The notes under the pieces: generated by a model
The model's database searches: none
What the model saw: only the letters and a program-made list of their open reading frames with translations
Told to the model about the DNA's origin: nothing
Shown here: positions 1-10,839 of the stretch, piece by piece
Position numbering within the stretch: position 1 is the stretch's first letter
Layout of the letters: every line of letters begins with the position of its first letter
Position numbers and translations under genes: made by a program
DNA from: Arachnia propionica
Lineage (GTDB): Bacteria > Actinomycetota > Actinomycetes > Propionibacteriales > Propionibacteriaceae
Reading direction: 5' to 3'
Length of the DNA: 64,000 bases
NCBI GenBank assembly: GCA_002748325.1
Contig: PDSD01000038.1
Location: forward strand, 4,523-68,522

Positions 1-1226
1 AGCCTCGAGGCGATCTCGTTGCGCACCGCGCCGAGGAGTTGCAGCGAGGTGCTGCGGGCGCCGGCAGCGAAGAAGATGCAGTCCCCAGGCTGCGCGCCGG
101 TGGCGGCAGCCAGGCCGTCGCATTCAGTCTGCGACAGGTTCTTGGCGACCGGGCCGCCGAGTTCACCCTGGGCGTCGATGGTGACGTAGGCGAGGCCACG
201 GGCACCGCGCTGCTTGGCCCATTCCTGCCACGCGTCGAAGGTGCGGCGGGGCTGATCGGCGCCACCAGGCATCACGATCGCGCCAACGAACGGATTCTGG
301 AACACCCTAAACGAGGTGTCGGCGAAGTATTCGGTCAGATCGGTTAGTTCGAGGCCGAAGCGAAGGTCTGGCTTGTCGGTGCCGTACTTGGCCATGGCAT
401 CGGCGTAAGTGATCCGTGGGAACGGGGTCGACAACTCGTAGCCAGCGACCGCCCAAACCTCGGCGACGATGGCCTCGCCGAGCGCGATGACATCTTCCTG
501 GTCGACGAAGCTCATCTCGATGTCGAGCTGGGTGAACTCGGGTTGCCGGTCGGCCCGGAAGTCCTCGTCGCGGTAGCAACGGGCGATCTGGTAGTAGCGC
601 TCCATTCCGGCCACCATGAGCAGTTGCTTAAACAGCTGCGGCGACTGCGGCAGGGCGTACCAGGAACCGGGGGCCAGTCGGGCCGGCACCAGGAAGTCAC
701 GTGCGCCCTCGGGAGTGGATCGGGTCAGCGTCGGGGTCTCAATCTCGACGAAGTCGTGCTCGGCCAGCACCTTCCGGGCAGCCTGGTTGACCTTGGAGCG
801 AAGCCGCAGCGCCGCAGCTTGGGCCGGGCGGCGCAGGTCAAGGTAGCGATGACGCAGCCTGGCCTCCTCGCCCACCGAGACCCGCTCGTCAATCTGGAAG
901 GGCAGCGGTGCGCAGGTGTTCAGCACCTCCAGCTCTTGCACCGCCACTTCGATCTCGCCGGTGGCCAAGTCTGGGTTCTCGTTGCCTTCGGGGCGCTGCT
1001 CCACGATGCCGGTTACCCGCAGGCAGTATTCGTTGCGCAGATCGTGCGCGCCGGTGGCTTCCAGCAGCTCGTCCCGGATTACCACCTGTACCCGCCCGGA
1101 GGCGTCTCGCAGGTCGATGAAGGCTACGCCGCCGTGGTCTCGGCGCTTGGCCACCCAACCGGCCAAGACGACCTCGTCGCCAATGTTGCTACTGTTCAAC
1201 GCCCCGGCGTCATGCGTGCGGATCAA
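1..1226 (-). CDS. aspS: aspartate--tRNA ligase, 3' end runs off the window
   Basis: Manual translation from TTG at 1226 gives [11 protein letters not shown]..., later [31 protein letters not shown] (class II motif 2). SD AAAGGA upstream. Absent from the ORF track because it has no stop in the window. Confidence 0.95.
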   Translation of the reverse strand, partial: MIRTHDAGALNSSNIGDEVVLAGWVAKRRDHGGVAFIDLRDASGRVQVVIRDELLEATGAHDLRNEYCLRVTGIVEQRPEGNENPDLATGEIEVAVQELEVLNTCAPLPFQIDERVSVGEEARLRHRYLDLRRPAQAAALRLRSKVNQAARKVLAEHDFVEIETPTLTRSTPEGARDFLVPARLAPGSWYALPQSPQLFKQLLMVAGMERYYQIARCYRDEDFRADRQPEFTQLDIEMSFVDQEDVIALGEAIVAEVWAVAGYELSTPFPRITYADAMAKYGTDKPDLRFGLELTDLTEYFADTSFRVFQNPFVGAIVMPGGADQPRRTFDAWQEWAKQRGARGLAYVTIDAQGELGGPVAKNLSQTECDGLAAATGAQPGDCIFFAAGARSTSLQLLGAVRNEIASR

Positions 1227-1245
1227 CTGCTGTTCCTTTCGTCGC

Positions 1246-1266
1246 GGCTGCGTAGACGGCGCAGCC
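1246..1266 (-). promoter_or_regulatory. GC hairpin between hisS stop and aspS RBS
   Basis: GGCTGCG-N7-CGCAGCC perfect inverted repeat; no U-tract; TAGCAT -10-like hexamer just upstream on the minus strand. Confidence 0.35.
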
Positions 1267-1277
1267 CAGACTTAATG

Positions 1278-2612
1278 CTAGGACATTGCAGCGAAGGACA
1301 CATATCGGTGGGCCTCGGCGGGCTCCCAGTTGGCCGGATCGGCCGGGGTTTGCTGCCGGCTGGCAAGATCCTTCACGGAATCGTCGTAGCCGGCGCCGAA
1401 CCACACGTACGGGATGCCGCGCTTTTCGGCGTAGGTGATCTGCTTGCCGAACTTCGCCGCCTTGGGCGCGACTTCGGCTGCGATGCCGCGGCGGCGTAAG
1501 CTGGCCGCCACCTCGTTAGCGCTCCCCCGATGCGGCTCATCATCGACTGCGACCAGCACGACACTGGGGACACTGCGCGACGCGGTGATCTTGCCAGCAT
1601 TGATCAGCGGGGCAAGCAGCCTAGTTACGCCGATGGAATAACCGACGCCCGGGAAGCTGACCTTGCCATCGCTGGCCAACGAGTCGTAGCGCCCGCCGGA
1701 GGCAACCGAACCTAGCGCCTCGGCGCCAGTGAGGAAGGTCTCGTAGACGGTGCCGGTGTAGTAATCGAGGCCCCGGGCGATGCTCAAGTCGACGACAGCT
1801 CGCCCGGTTGCTCCCTGGGACACTGCAGCCATCAGGTCGGCCAACTCGGCCACGCCCTGGTCGAGCAGTTCGTGGCTTACTCCTAGCGCCTTAACTTCGG
1901 CGACAAAACTCAGATCGCTGCTGTTGATGGTGGCCAACCGCAGGCAGGCCGTGATTTGGGCATCGCTCAGCCCGAGGTCGCGTCGCAGCAATTCCGCGAC
2001 AGCCTCGGCGCCAATCTTGCCCAACTTGTCGATTCGTTGCAGCACTGCTGCCGGGTCAGCGATCTCCAGCCCGGCATAGAACCCTTCGGCCAATTTGCGA
2101 TTGTTCAGGTGCAGCTTGACCGGCGGTATCCCAATCTCGCTTTCGAGCGCTGCGAAAACGTCCAGCGCCACCAGCGCGATCTCGGCGTCATGGTGCGCGG
2201 CCAGCGTGTTTTGCCCGATAACGTCGATGTCGGCCTGCGTGAACTCCCGGTAGCGGCCTTCCTGCGGGCGTTCGCCGCGCCAGACCTTTTGGATCTGGTA
2301 GCGCCGGAAGGGGAAGCTGAGGTGCCCGGAGCGCTCCAACACGTAGCGCGCGAACGGCACAGTTAGGTCGTAATGCAGGCCGAGCTCGGCTTTGGCGTCC
2401 GGCTCGGCGTGCAGCCGTCGTATTACGTAAATCTCTTTGTCTATTTCGCCTTTGCGGGATAGTTGCGACAGCGGTTCGACCGCCCGGGTCTCGATAGGGG
2501 CGAAGCCGTGCAGCTCGAAATGTTGCGCGAGGAGCTGCAACACCCGTGCTTCAACTAACCTGCCTTGCGGCAAGAACTCCGGGAAGCCAGAAATCGGATT
2601 TGGACGCGACAT
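1278..2612 (-). CDS. hisS: histidine--tRNA ligase
   Basis: MSRPNPISGFPEFLP, RGERPQEGRYREFTQAD, RGLDYYTG, SGGRYD. Start moved to ATG 2612 (TAAAGT 7 nt upstream). Confidence 0.97.
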   Translation of the reverse strand: MSRPNPISGFPEFLPQGRLVEARVLQLLAQHFELHGFAPIETRAVEPLSQLSRKGEIDKEIYVIRRLHAEPDAKAELGLHYDLTVPFARYVLERSGHLSFPFRRYQIQKVWRGERPQEGRYREFTQADIDVIGQNTLAAHHDAEIALVALDVFAALESEIGIPPVKLHLNNRKLAEGFYAGLEIADPAAVLQRIDKLGKIGAEAVAELLRRDLGLSDAQITACLRLATINSSDLSFVAEVKALGVSHELLDQGVAELADLMAAVSQGATGRAVVDLSIARGLDYYTGTVYETFLTGAEALGSVASGGRYDSLASDGKVSFPGVGYSIGVTRLLAPLINAGKITASRSVPSVVLVAVDDEPHRGSANEVAASLRRRGIAAEVAPKAAKFGKQITYAEKRGIPYVWFGAGYDDSVKDLASRQQTPADPANWEPAEAHRYVSFAAMS

Positions 2613-2682
2613 GACCTGCACTTTAGCGTGCCTGGCCACCGCAGCGTCTCAGTGAGGCCGCGAACACGATACATTGGATGCC

Positions 2683-3921
2683 ATGACCAGCTTGACCAAC
2701 GAATTTGGCCGCGTCGAAGAAGATGGCACCGTCTATGTGATCGCAGGTGACACCGAACGTGCGGTCGGCCAGGTGCCCGATGCGAGTCCCGAGGAAGCAC
2801 TTGCCTTTTTCGTGCGGCGCTACGACGCGTTAGAGACCGAGGTGATGCTGCTTGAATCGCGGGTGCGCGCCGAAGCAATGTCGCCGCAGGAAGCTGGCAA
2901 AGCCATCGAACACGCCAAGGAAAACATCGCGCAGGCAAATGCAGTCGGCGATCTGGCGACCCTGACCAAGCGGCTCGAGGCGCTGGCGCAGTTGCTGCCG
3001 GAGCAGATCGAGAAACGCAAGCAGGCCAAGGCTGAGCAGGTCGCGCAGACCATCGCGGCGAAAGAAGCAATGGTGGCTGAGGCAGAGCAGCTAGCGGCCG
3101 GGGACGATTGGCGTCACGGCGCTGACCGGTTCCGGCAATTGCTCGAAGAGTGGAAGGCGTTGCCCCGGACAGATCGGGCAAGCGACAACGAACTGTGGCA
3201 TCGGTTCTCCTCCGCGCGCACTACCTACACACGCCAGCGCAAGGCTTACTACACGCAGCTGGGTACTCGCCGTGACGAGGCGAAACGGCTGAAGGAAGCA
3301 ATCATCGCCGAGGCTGAGCCGTTGGCGGACTCCACAGATTGGGGCGCGACCTCGGCCGCGTTTAGGGACTTGATGGCAAGGTGGAAGGCCGCCGGTAGCG
3401 CCCGCCGGGCAGACGACGAGGCGCTATGGCAGCGATTCCGCGCCATCCAGGACAAGTTCTTTGACGCCCGAACTGCGGTAAATAACGCAACCAATGCCGA
3501 ACACGATGCCAACTTGGCGGCCAAGAATGAGTTGCTGGCCAAGGTACAGGCTGACCTGACAGGAGTCACCGACGTAAGTCAGGCTAAGGAGATCCATCGG
3601 CGATTCCTCGACGAATTCAACCAGCTCGGCTATGTGCCCCGCGACGCCATGCACGACCTTGACCGCCGCGTTCGCGCCGTCAATGAACAGGTGGCCGAGC
3701 TTGAGCAGGCCGAATGGCGACGCACGGATCCCGAGGCCCGCAAGCGCGCCCAGGACACGGTTGCCCTCTTCGAGGCTCAGGTGGCCAAGCTAGAGCAGGA
3801 TCTGACTGCCGCAGAGGCCGCCGGGGATGACCGCAAGGTTAAGGACGCGCGCAAATCGCTGGAGACCTACAATTCCTGGCTGGAGCAGGCCCGGCTGACG
3901 CTGCAGGAGTTCACCAGCTAG
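2683..3921 (+). CDS. DUF349 domain-containing helical repeat protein
   Basis: FGRVEEDGTVYV N-terminus, repeated W..F...W..LW.RF units, usual actinobacterial position next to relA/hisS. Confidence 0.85.
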   Translation: MTSLTNEFGRVEEDGTVYVIAGDTERAVGQVPDASPEEALAFFVRRYDALETEVMLLESRVRAEAMSPQEAGKAIEHAKENIAQANAVGDLATLTKRLEALAQLLPEQIEKRKQAKAEQVAQTIAAKEAMVAEAEQLAAGDDWRHGADRFRQLLEEWKALPRTDRASDNELWHRFSSARTTYTRQRKAYYTQLGTRRDEAKRLKEAIIAEAEPLADSTDWGATSAAFRDLMARWKAAGSARRADDEALWQRFRAIQDKFFDARTAVNNATNAEHDANLAAKNELLAKVQADLTGVTDVSQAKEIHRRFLDEFNQLGYVPRDAMHDLDRRVRAVNEQVAELEQAEWRRTDPEARKRAQDTVALFEAQVAKLEQDLTAAEAAGDDRKVKDARKSLETYNSWLEQARLTLQEFTS

Positions 3922-6182
3922 CTGCCGGTCCTAAAGACGTCGTAGACGCCGGGCACCCGGCGGACGTGGCTGATGACGTGCTGCAGGTGGGTTAGATCTG
4001 GGGTCTCGAACGTGATGTGGCCGATGAATCGGCGGCTGTCGCGGGTAGTCACCGAGGCGGCAATAATCTGCACATGCTGATCGGAAAAGGCTGCGCTAAT
4101 GTCCGACAGCATCCGGGCCCGGTCGATTCCCTCAATCTGCAGCGTCACCTGGAATGACCCGCTGGGAGCGTTCGCCCAGCTGACCGGCACGATCCGATCC
4201 GGCTGCGACAACAACGACTTTGAGTTGCCGCAGTCGCTGTGGTGCACCGAGACCCCGTCGCCGCGGGTGACGAAGCCGATGATTGGATCGCCGGGAAGCG
4301 GGTCACAGCAACGAGCCAGTTTGGCTGCGATCGAGGGATCGTTGTCTACCAGGATCGGCACCTCAGCGTCCGCCGGGAGCGGCTTGCGATGCTCCTTGAC
4401 GACGAGATCCTCGGTTACGGTATCGCTGGTCTCATCATCGCCGCCGTGTAGCTCGATCAGCGACTGCAAGACGGTGCTAGCGCTGATGGTTCCCTCGCCT
4501 AGGGCGAGGTACAGGTTGCTGACGCTCTTTTGGCGATGGGCATGCGCCACCGCGGTGAGGTTTTCCAGGTTTAGTAGCCGCTGCATCGGCAGGCCCGTGC
4601 GGCGCAGTTGTTTTGCCAGCAGATCTTTGCCGAGATCGATGGTCTCGTCTCGGCGTTCCCGGGAAAAGTATTGCCGAATTTTTTGGCGCGCCCGGCTCGA
4701 GGCAACGAATTCCAGCCAATCCCGGCTCGGCCCGGCCTTTTCACTTTTCGAGGTAAGCACCTCGACCTTGTCGCCTTGGGTCAGCTTGGTCGATAGCGAC
4801 ACCAGCCGCCCATTTACCCGGGCACCGATGCAGCGGTACCCAACCTCGGTGTGCACGCTGAACGCGAAGTCGACCGGCGTCGCGCCCTTTGGCAGCGCCA
4901 TGACTTCGCCTTTGGGGGTGAACACATAGATTTGGTCGGCGTTGATCTCGAAGAGCACCGAATCGAGGAACTCGCCCGGGTCCTCAGTCTCCTTGCTCAT
5001 CACCCCGAGTTCATGGAAGGCACGCAGCCCCGCTGCTTCCGCGCTTACCTTGCCGCGCTGCTGTTGCTTGTACTTCCAGTGCGCGGCCACCCCGTATTCG
5101 GCTTTTCGGTGCATCTCGAAGGTGCGAATCTGGAACTCGACTGGCTCGTTGCGCTCCCCCAGCACCGTGGTATGCAACGACTGGTACATGTTGAACTTCG
5201 GGTTGGCGATGTAGTCCTTGAAGCGGCCAGGGATGGGCCGCCAGGCGCCGTGGGCCACCCCCAGCACCGCGTAGCAGTCCTTGACATCGTCGACCAGCAC
5301 CCGCAGCCCAATCAGGTCGTAGATATCGTTGAAGTCGCGGCCGCGCACCGTCATCTTTTGGTAGATGCTGTAGTAGTGCTTGGGGCGGCCATAAACCGTG
5401 GCCTTGATCTTCGCCTTGCTCATTAGCTGCTGGAACTGCTCGATCAGTTCCCGCAAGTACCGTTCCCGGCCCGGCGCCTGTTGGGCGACCATGTCGGCGA
5501 TCTCCTGGTACACCTTTGGCTCAATTGCCTGGAATGACAGATCCTCTAGCTCCCACTTGATGGTGTTCATGCCGAGGCGATGGGCCAACGGGGCGAAGAT
5601 ATTGAGAGTCTCGGTGGCCTTCTTACGTCGCTTATCCGCAGGCATGAAACCGATGGTGCGCATGTTGTGCAACCGATCAGCAAGCTTGATCACCAGTACC
5701 CGGATCTCTTCGCTGGTCGCCATGATCATCTTGCGGATGGTCTCAGCCTTGGCGGTTTCGCCATAGCTCAGCCGATCAAGCTTGGTGACACCGTCGACCA
5801 TGCGAGCAACCTCGTCGGAGAAATCCTCCCGCAATTGCTCGAGGGTGTAGTCGGTGTCTTCCACGGTGTCGTGTAGCAGGGCAGCCACGATGACCGGCTC
5901 AGTCATGCCCAACTCAGCCAAAATTGTGGCAACCGCCAACGGGTGGGTGATATAAGGATCCCCAGATTGGCGGTACTGCCCTTCATGCCAATGCGCGGCG
6001 GTCAGGTAAGCCTTTTCGATGATGCCTAGGTCGGCTTTGGGGTGGGTGGCCAGGATGATGCTGAACAGTGGGTCGAGCACCGCCAACCGCTGTTTGGCGG
6101 GCGCGATCCGGGCTAGCCGCTGCCGCACCTGAAACCAAGGCTCAGAGGTCTGCTGCTTGAGTTCGCTCGTCTGATCCGCCAT
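3918..6182 (-). CDS. relA: bifunctional (p)ppGpp synthetase/hydrolase Rel
   Basis: HD domain (LLHDTVED, KLADRLHNMRT), synthetase GRPKH/YQSLHT, TGS, CC-containing region, ACT. Confidence 0.97.
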   Translation of the reverse strand: MADQTSELKQQTSEPWFQVRQRLARIAPAKQRLAVLDPLFSIILATHPKADLGIIEKAYLTAAHWHEGQYRQSGDPYITHPLAVATILAELGMTEPVIVAALLHDTVEDTDYTLEQLREDFSDEVARMVDGVTKLDRLSYGETAKAETIRKMIMATSEEIRVLVIKLADRLHNMRTIGFMPADKRRKKATETLNIFAPLAHRLGMNTIKWELEDLSFQAIEPKVYQEIADMVAQQAPGRERYLRELIEQFQQLMSKAKIKATVYGRPKHYYSIYQKMTVRGRDFNDIYDLIGLRVLVDDVKDCYAVLGVAHGAWRPIPGRFKDYIANPKFNMYQSLHTTVLGERNEPVEFQIRTFEMHRKAEYGVAAHWKYKQQQRGKVSAEAAGLRAFHELGVMSKETEDPGEFLDSVLFEINADQIYVFTPKGEVMALPKGATPVDFAFSVHTEVGYRCIGARVNGRLVSLSTKLTQGDKVEVLTSKSEKAGPSRDWLEFVASSRARQKIRQYFSRERRDETIDLGKDLLAKQLRRTGLPMQRLLNLENLTAVAHAHRQKSVSNLYLALGEGTISASTVLQSLIELHGGDDETSDTVTEDLVVKEHRKPLPADAEVPILVDNDPSIAAKLARCCDPLPGDPIIGFVTRGDGVSVHHSDCGNSKSLLSQPDRIVPVSWANAPSGSFQVTLQIEGIDRARMLSDISAAFSDQHVQIIAASVTTRDSRRFIGHITFETPDLTHLQHVISHVRRVPGVYDVFRTGS

Positions 6183-6201
6183 TGGATGATTCTAGTGGCT
6201 G

Positions 6202-7272
6202 TCAGACTTGGACGTGAGAATCATCGGGTGATGTGGCCGAAGCTCGCCGGACTACCACCAGCTGATCGCCTTCTTTGATCATGTCCAGGTCGTCGCTAAA
6301 GAATCGCAGAATCTGTCCGTCGCGAATCACGCTCAGCACTTGTTCAGTGGCAATGTCGTGCGGGTGCAGCCCGATTTCGGTTGGGTCGGCGAGCCGCTGG
6401 CAAATTTCGAGGCCGGTGCCGGTGGTTAGCAAATCCTGGATCACTTCGCTGAGCTGTGGGCCGGTGGCCGACAGCCCCATCAGCCTGCCAACCGTGGCTG
6501 CCGACGTAACTACCGAATCGGCACCCGAATGGCGTGCCAGCGATACGTTCTCGTGTTCGCGTACCGAGACGATCACATGAGCTTTCGGGTTTAGCTGCCG
6601 CACGGTCAACGTGGCTAGCACCGCGGTGTCGTCGCGATCGAGGCAGATGATCACCTGGTTGGCTCGATGCACCTCGGCCCGGCGCAGCAAATCGCTTCGC
6701 GTGGCGTCGCCCTGAAAACCGGCATAGCCGTCGTAGTTCGCATCATCCAGATTTACCCGGCGATCATCAATGATGACGATCTTGTCCGCCGACATGCCCT
6801 GGAGTCGCAATGTGTTTGCAGCGGAGCGTCCGGTCGTGCCATACCCGATGATGACGGCGTGATCCTGCATCCTGTTTCTCCATTCAAAGTCCCGCAGCGC
6901 ACGCGTACCCTGGTTTGCCAGCACCTGCACCGTGGTGCCGACGAGCAGCACCAGGAAGCCAACCCGCATCGGGGTGATTACTATCGCGTTGAGTAGCCGA
7001 GCGTGCGGTAGCAACGGTGTGATGTCGCCGTAGCCGGTGGTAGTCATGGTCACGGTCGAGTAATAAAGTGCGTCAATAAAGCTGATGCCGTCGTTGTGGA
7101 CGTTGTCCACATAGGCATCGCGGTCAAACCACACGAACGCGGTGCTGATCGCCAGCATGAGCGTCGCCAGGGCCAGCCGGATTATTAGCTCCCGGATCGG
7201 TTTTGCTCTGCCCTTAGGCAGGCTAACCATCGCTGCTGAGCTCCCATTGGGCTCAACTTGATCTGCTGCCAT
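6202..7272 (-). CDS. 2-TM potassium channel with TrkA-N/RCK domain
   Basis: Filter TMTTTGYGD between TM helices; IIGYGTTG Rossmann; GDAT motif. Confidence 0.9.
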   Translation of the reverse strand: MAADQVEPNGSSAAMVSLPKGRAKPIRELIIRLALATLMLAISTAFVWFDRDAYVDNVHNDGISFIDALYYSTVTMTTTGYGDITPLLPHARLLNAIVITPMRVGFLVLLVGTTVQVLANQGTRALRDFEWRNRMQDHAVIIGYGTTGRSAANTLRLQGMSADKIVIIDDRRVNLDDANYDGYAGFQGDATRSDLLRRAEVHRANQVIICLDRDDTAVLATLTVRQLNPKAHVIVSVREHENVSLARHSGADSVVTSAATVGRLMGLSATGPQLSEVIQDLLTTGTGLEICQRLADPTEIGLHPHDIATEQVLSVIRDGQILRFFSDDLDMIKEGDQLVVVRRASATSPDDSHVQV

Positions 7273-7274
7273 AG

Positions 7275-7808
7275 CTACTCGCTTAGAACCGCTTGCACGT
7301 CTTGGATTCCGTTGTCGTACAGCCGCTGCCGGCCACCCAAGAACCCCAGTTCTAACAGCAGACTTACTTGCACAAGATCTGCTCGCAGGCGCTTCAGTAG
7401 TTCGGCAGCAGCGATCATTGTACCGCCGGTGGCCAATACATCGTCGACGATCAACACCTTTGCTCCTGGCTTGATCGCGTCGGCGTGCACCTGGAGCGCG
7501 TCGGTACCGTACTCCAAGTCGAAGGCAATCTCGTGAATCTCCCCCGGTAGCTTGCCCGGCTTGCGGGCAGGGACAAAGCCGGCACCAAGCGCGAGCGCTA
7601 CCGGCGCGGCGAGAATAAAGCCGCGGGCTTCGATGCCGAGCACTGCATCGATGTCGGCTGGGGCCGCTCGCACGATCTCCTCGATCGCGTTTTGAAACCC
7701 GATCGGCGATGCCAGCAGCGGGGTGATGTCCTTGAACGTCACCCCGGGCTTGGGGTAATCCGAGATATCCCGGATCAGCCGCGCCAGCTGTGCCTTGTCT
7801 TGCAGCAT
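7275..7808 (-). CDS. apt: adenine phosphoribosyltransferase
   Basis: DYPKPGVTFKDITP, GIEARGF, VLIVDDVLATGGT. Confidence 0.97.
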   Translation of the reverse strand: MLQDKAQLARLIRDISDYPKPGVTFKDITPLLASPIGFQNAIEEIVRAAPADIDAVLGIEARGFILAAPVALALGAGFVPARKPGKLPGEIHEIAFDLEYGTDALQVHADAIKPGAKVLIVDDVLATGGTMIAAAELLKRLRADLVQVSLLLELGFLGGRQRLYDNGIQDVQAVLSE

Positions 7809-8818
7809 CAGTGAGCCTTTCGCTCAGCCCGTTTCTGCGCGCGTTGCCGCCGCTTTTCCAGCGCTTGGCGGTGGGCCACCTGCTCCGGATCGCGTTCCTT
7901 GATCATGGCCAGGAACGGCGTAGCGATGAAGATCGACGAATAGGCACCAGCGATCATGCCGACGAACAACGCCAACCCCAGGTCGCCCAGCGGGCCGCCG
8001 CCCAGAATCGAGCCAGCGATCAGCAGGCCGGAGACCGGCAGCACGCCGATGATGGTGGTATTAATCGATCGAATCAACACCTGGTTGATCGCCAGATTCG
8101 CAGCTTGGGAATACGTCTGCGAGCTATGGCTCACGTCCTGGACGTTCTCGCGAACCTTGTCGAAAACTACCACCGTGTCATAGAGCGAATAGCCCAAGAT
8201 GGTCAGCACGCCGATCAGGGTCGCTGGGGTCACCGTGAACCCGACCAGGGCGTACACGCCGACCGTCACCACGACGTCATGGGCCAACGCCACCAGCGCC
8301 GAGACGCTCATCCGCCAGTCCCTAAACCAGGCCCAGATCAGCAGCGAGACCAGCACCAGGAAGACGACCAACGCGATCCCGGCTCGGCTGGAAACTCGTT
8401 CCCCCCAAGACGGCCCAATGGCGTTGTATGTCACCTCATCCGGGGTTGTCCCGGCGATCTCGGCGAGTTCAGTCCGCATCAACTGCGTTTCCTCTGGGGT
8501 CAGCGCCCGGGTCTGCACCCGGATAGCGCTCTCCCCCAGCGAGAACACCTGTGCCTCAAGCTCGGTGATCTCGATCTTGGAAACCGCTGAGCGTACGTCG
8601 TCAACGGTGGCGCTAGTTACTTTGGCTGGAGCCTGAAAATCAGTGCCGCCGCTGAACTCAATGCCCAGCGTCAGCCCACGCAACGTCAGCCCGAGCACCG
8701 CGATGGCGACTACGACGGCGGAGATGATGAACCAGGTGCGCCGACGCTCGATGAAATTGTACGAAAGCTTGCCGCTGTAGAGGCGGTAAGTGAGGCCAAG
8801 TTTCTTCTTCTCGCTCAT
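7808..8818 (-). CDS. secF: protein translocase subunit SecF
   Basis: GIEFSGGT, GYSLYDTVVVFDKVREN, RSINTT. Confidence 0.95.
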   Translation of the reverse strand: MSEKKKLGLTYRLYSGKLSYNFIERRRTWFIISAVVVAIAVLGLTLRGLTLGIEFSGGTDFQAPAKVTSATVDDVRSAVSKIEITELEAQVFSLGESAIRVQTRALTPEETQLMRTELAEIAGTTPDEVTYNAIGPSWGERVSSRAGIALVVFLVLVSLLIWAWFRDWRMSVSALVALAHDVVVTVGVYALVGFTVTPATLIGVLTILGYSLYDTVVVFDKVRENVQDVSHSSQTYSQAANLAINQVLIRSINTTIIGVLPVSGLLIAGSILGGGPLGDLGLALFVGMIAGAYSSIFIATPFLAMIKERDPEQVAHRQALEKRRQRAQKRAERKAH

Positions 8819-10374
8819 CGCGCCTCCTTAGGATTGCGGGCACTCTTGCGGCTGCGGCGGCCCAACAGGGACTCCCGCGAAACACCCATGTGGCTAGCAT
8901 CGAGGCCAGACAACGCATGGGCTTCGCCATAGAACTTAGTTCGGCTGAGCAGGAGCACCAGCGGATGCGTGAACATGAAGACGACGGCCAGGTCAATGAG
9001 AGTGGTCAAGCCGAGCGTGAAGGCGAAGCCCTTGACGCCGCCTTCGGCGAGGATGAATAGCACCGTGGCGCTCAACATGCTCACCACGTCTGCCACCACA
9101 ATGGTAGAACGCGCCTTGACCCAGCCGGTCTGCAGCGCGGAATGTAGGCTGCGGCCCTCGCGGATCTCGTCTCGGATTCGCTCAAAGTAGATGACAAATG
9201 AATCGGCCGTGAGACCGATAGCCACGATGGCACCAGCGATTGCGGGCAGGTTCACGGCGAAGCCAACGGCTTGCCCCAACAACACCATCGCGGCATAGGT
9301 CGTGCCAGCGGCTACTAGCAGCGAGCCGACTACGGCGACGCCGAGACCCCGGTAGTAGAGGAAGGCATAGATCACCACGATAATTAGGCCGACCAAACCG
9401 GCGATCAGGCCGATCCGCAGCTGTTCGCCGCCCAACGTTGGGGAAATACTCTCGACTTGCGATGGCTCAAAGGTTAGCGGCAGCGAACCAAACCGCAGCA
9501 CGTTAGCCAGCGCTGCCGCCGATTCAGGGGTGAAATTGCCGCTGATCATGGCAGAGCCACCGGGGATGGGTTCCCTAACGCTGGCCGCCTCGCGGATTTG
9601 GCCGTCGAGCACGATCGCAAACATGTTGCGCGGGTTCGGCTTGTTGACGATGTCGGTGGACAGCTCTAGCAACCGATCGGTGCCCTCGTCGTCGAAGGTG
9701 AGGGTCACCACGAACGCGGCCTGCTGATCCGGAACCCCGGAGGCGGCTTTGGTAACTCGGTCACCGGTGATGGCGACCGGGCCCAACAGGTATTTGTTCG
9801 CTTCGTCGCAGGCCACCATCGCCTGATCTAACCGATCAACGACGGCATCGCCGCACTTGAACTCGTTGAATGCCGTAATGTCGGCTGGCGTCGGTTCGTA
9901 GGCCAGCGCCTCTTTGACGCTAAGCAACTTGCCGTCCGAGTCGGCTTCCTGGGGTGCTTCGGGCAAGCCCGGCAGCTTCTCTTCAGGCTGGGTTGTCTGG
10001 CCAATTGGGGCAAGGTTGAGTACCTGCCGGAAGGTTAGCTGGGCAGTCGCGCCCACCAGTTGAACCAGATCGTCGCGCTGAATATTGGGTGCGGAAACGA
10101 TGATCGTGCGATCACCGGAGGTGGCGACCGCGGCTTCGCCAACGCCAAGCCCATCGACGCGCTGCTGCATGATGTCGCGGGCAAGTTCCAGCGATTCCGG
10201 GGTTACCGTGGAGTTAGTCGCGGTCAGCGTGATGGTCATGCCACCTTGCAGGTCCAGCCCAAGCTTGGGAGTCCAGACCTGGGTGAGCCCCATGACCGCG
10301 TACATCGCGGCCATGATGGCAAGCAAAACCGAAATGACGACGCCAGGTCGCGAACGTCTAGCAGTGGTAGCCAT
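8815..10374 (-). CDS. secD: protein translocase subunit SecD
   Basis: LGLDLQGG, FAIVLDG, ADSFVIYFERIRDE. Confidence 0.95.
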   Translation of the reverse strand: MATTARRSRPGVVISVLLAIMAAMYAVMGLTQVWTPKLGLDLQGGMTITLTATNSTVTPESLELARDIMQQRVDGLGVGEAAVATSGDRTIIVSAPNIQRDDLVQLVGATAQLTFRQVLNLAPIGQTTQPEEKLPGLPEAPQEADSDGKLLSVKEALAYEPTPADITAFNEFKCGDAVVDRLDQAMVACDEANKYLLGPVAITGDRVTKAASGVPDQQAAFVVTLTFDDEGTDRLLELSTDIVNKPNPRNMFAIVLDGQIREAASVREPIPGGSAMISGNFTPESAAALANVLRFGSLPLTFEPSQVESISPTLGGEQLRIGLIAGLVGLIIVVIYAFLYYRGLGVAVVGSLLVAAGTTYAAMVLLGQAVGFAVNLPAIAGAIVAIGLTADSFVIYFERIRDEIREGRSLHSALQTGWVKARSTIVVADVVSMLSATVLFILAEGGVKGFAFTLGLTTLIDLAVVFMFTHPLVLLLSRTKFYGEAHALSGLDASHMGVSRESLLGRRSRKSARNPKEAR

Positions 10375-10379
10375 GCACG

Positions 10380-10784
10380 CTACCCCTTATCCGCCGATTC
10401 GTCGGCGGCAGCATTTTCGGCGGAATCGAGTTCTTCGGCTGCGGGCGCTGCCAGCGAGTCGGCAGTGGCCTCGGCAACGTTGTCTTCCGCAGCATCTTCA
10501 GCGAACTCAAACTCTTCTTCGGTCTCGCCAACCGCGCGGGCAATCCGATCCTTGAGAATCGTGATCTCGGTGCCGGGGGCGAGCTCAACGATGGCCTGCT
10601 TCTCGCCAATATGGGTGATCGTGGCGAAAACGCCCGAGGCCAACAGCACCCGGTCCCCCTCCGCCAATGCAGCCAACTGCTCCTGGTGCTCGCGCATCCG
10701 CTTTTGCTGCGGGCGGATAACCATGAAGTACATGAGCGCGCCGAAACCGACGAGCATCAAAATGATGTCTAATCCTGCAGGCAT
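10380..10784 (-). CDS. yajC: preprotein translocase subunit YajC
   Basis: N-terminal TM, IRPQQKR, GDRVLLASG, acidic tail; upstream of secD. Confidence 0.92.
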   Translation of the reverse strand: MPAGLDIILMLVGFGALMYFMVIRPQQKRMREHQEQLAALAEGDRVLLASGVFATITHIGEKQAIVELAPGTEITILKDRIARAVGETEEEFEFAEDAAEDNVAEATADSLAAPAAEELDSAENAAADESADKG

Positions 10785-10839
10785 GCTAGCCCTTCTTATC
10801 TTGGGAAAAGTGCCAACGCTCAGGATAGCCTGACCGGCG

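Noticed and set aside
543-1499. 318-aa + strand ORF and similar long antisense ORFs (e.g. 40198-41517, 52791-53813, 54581-55642)
   Set aside because: Shadow ORFs opposite well-conserved genes, expected from high-GC codon bias; no recognisable motifs
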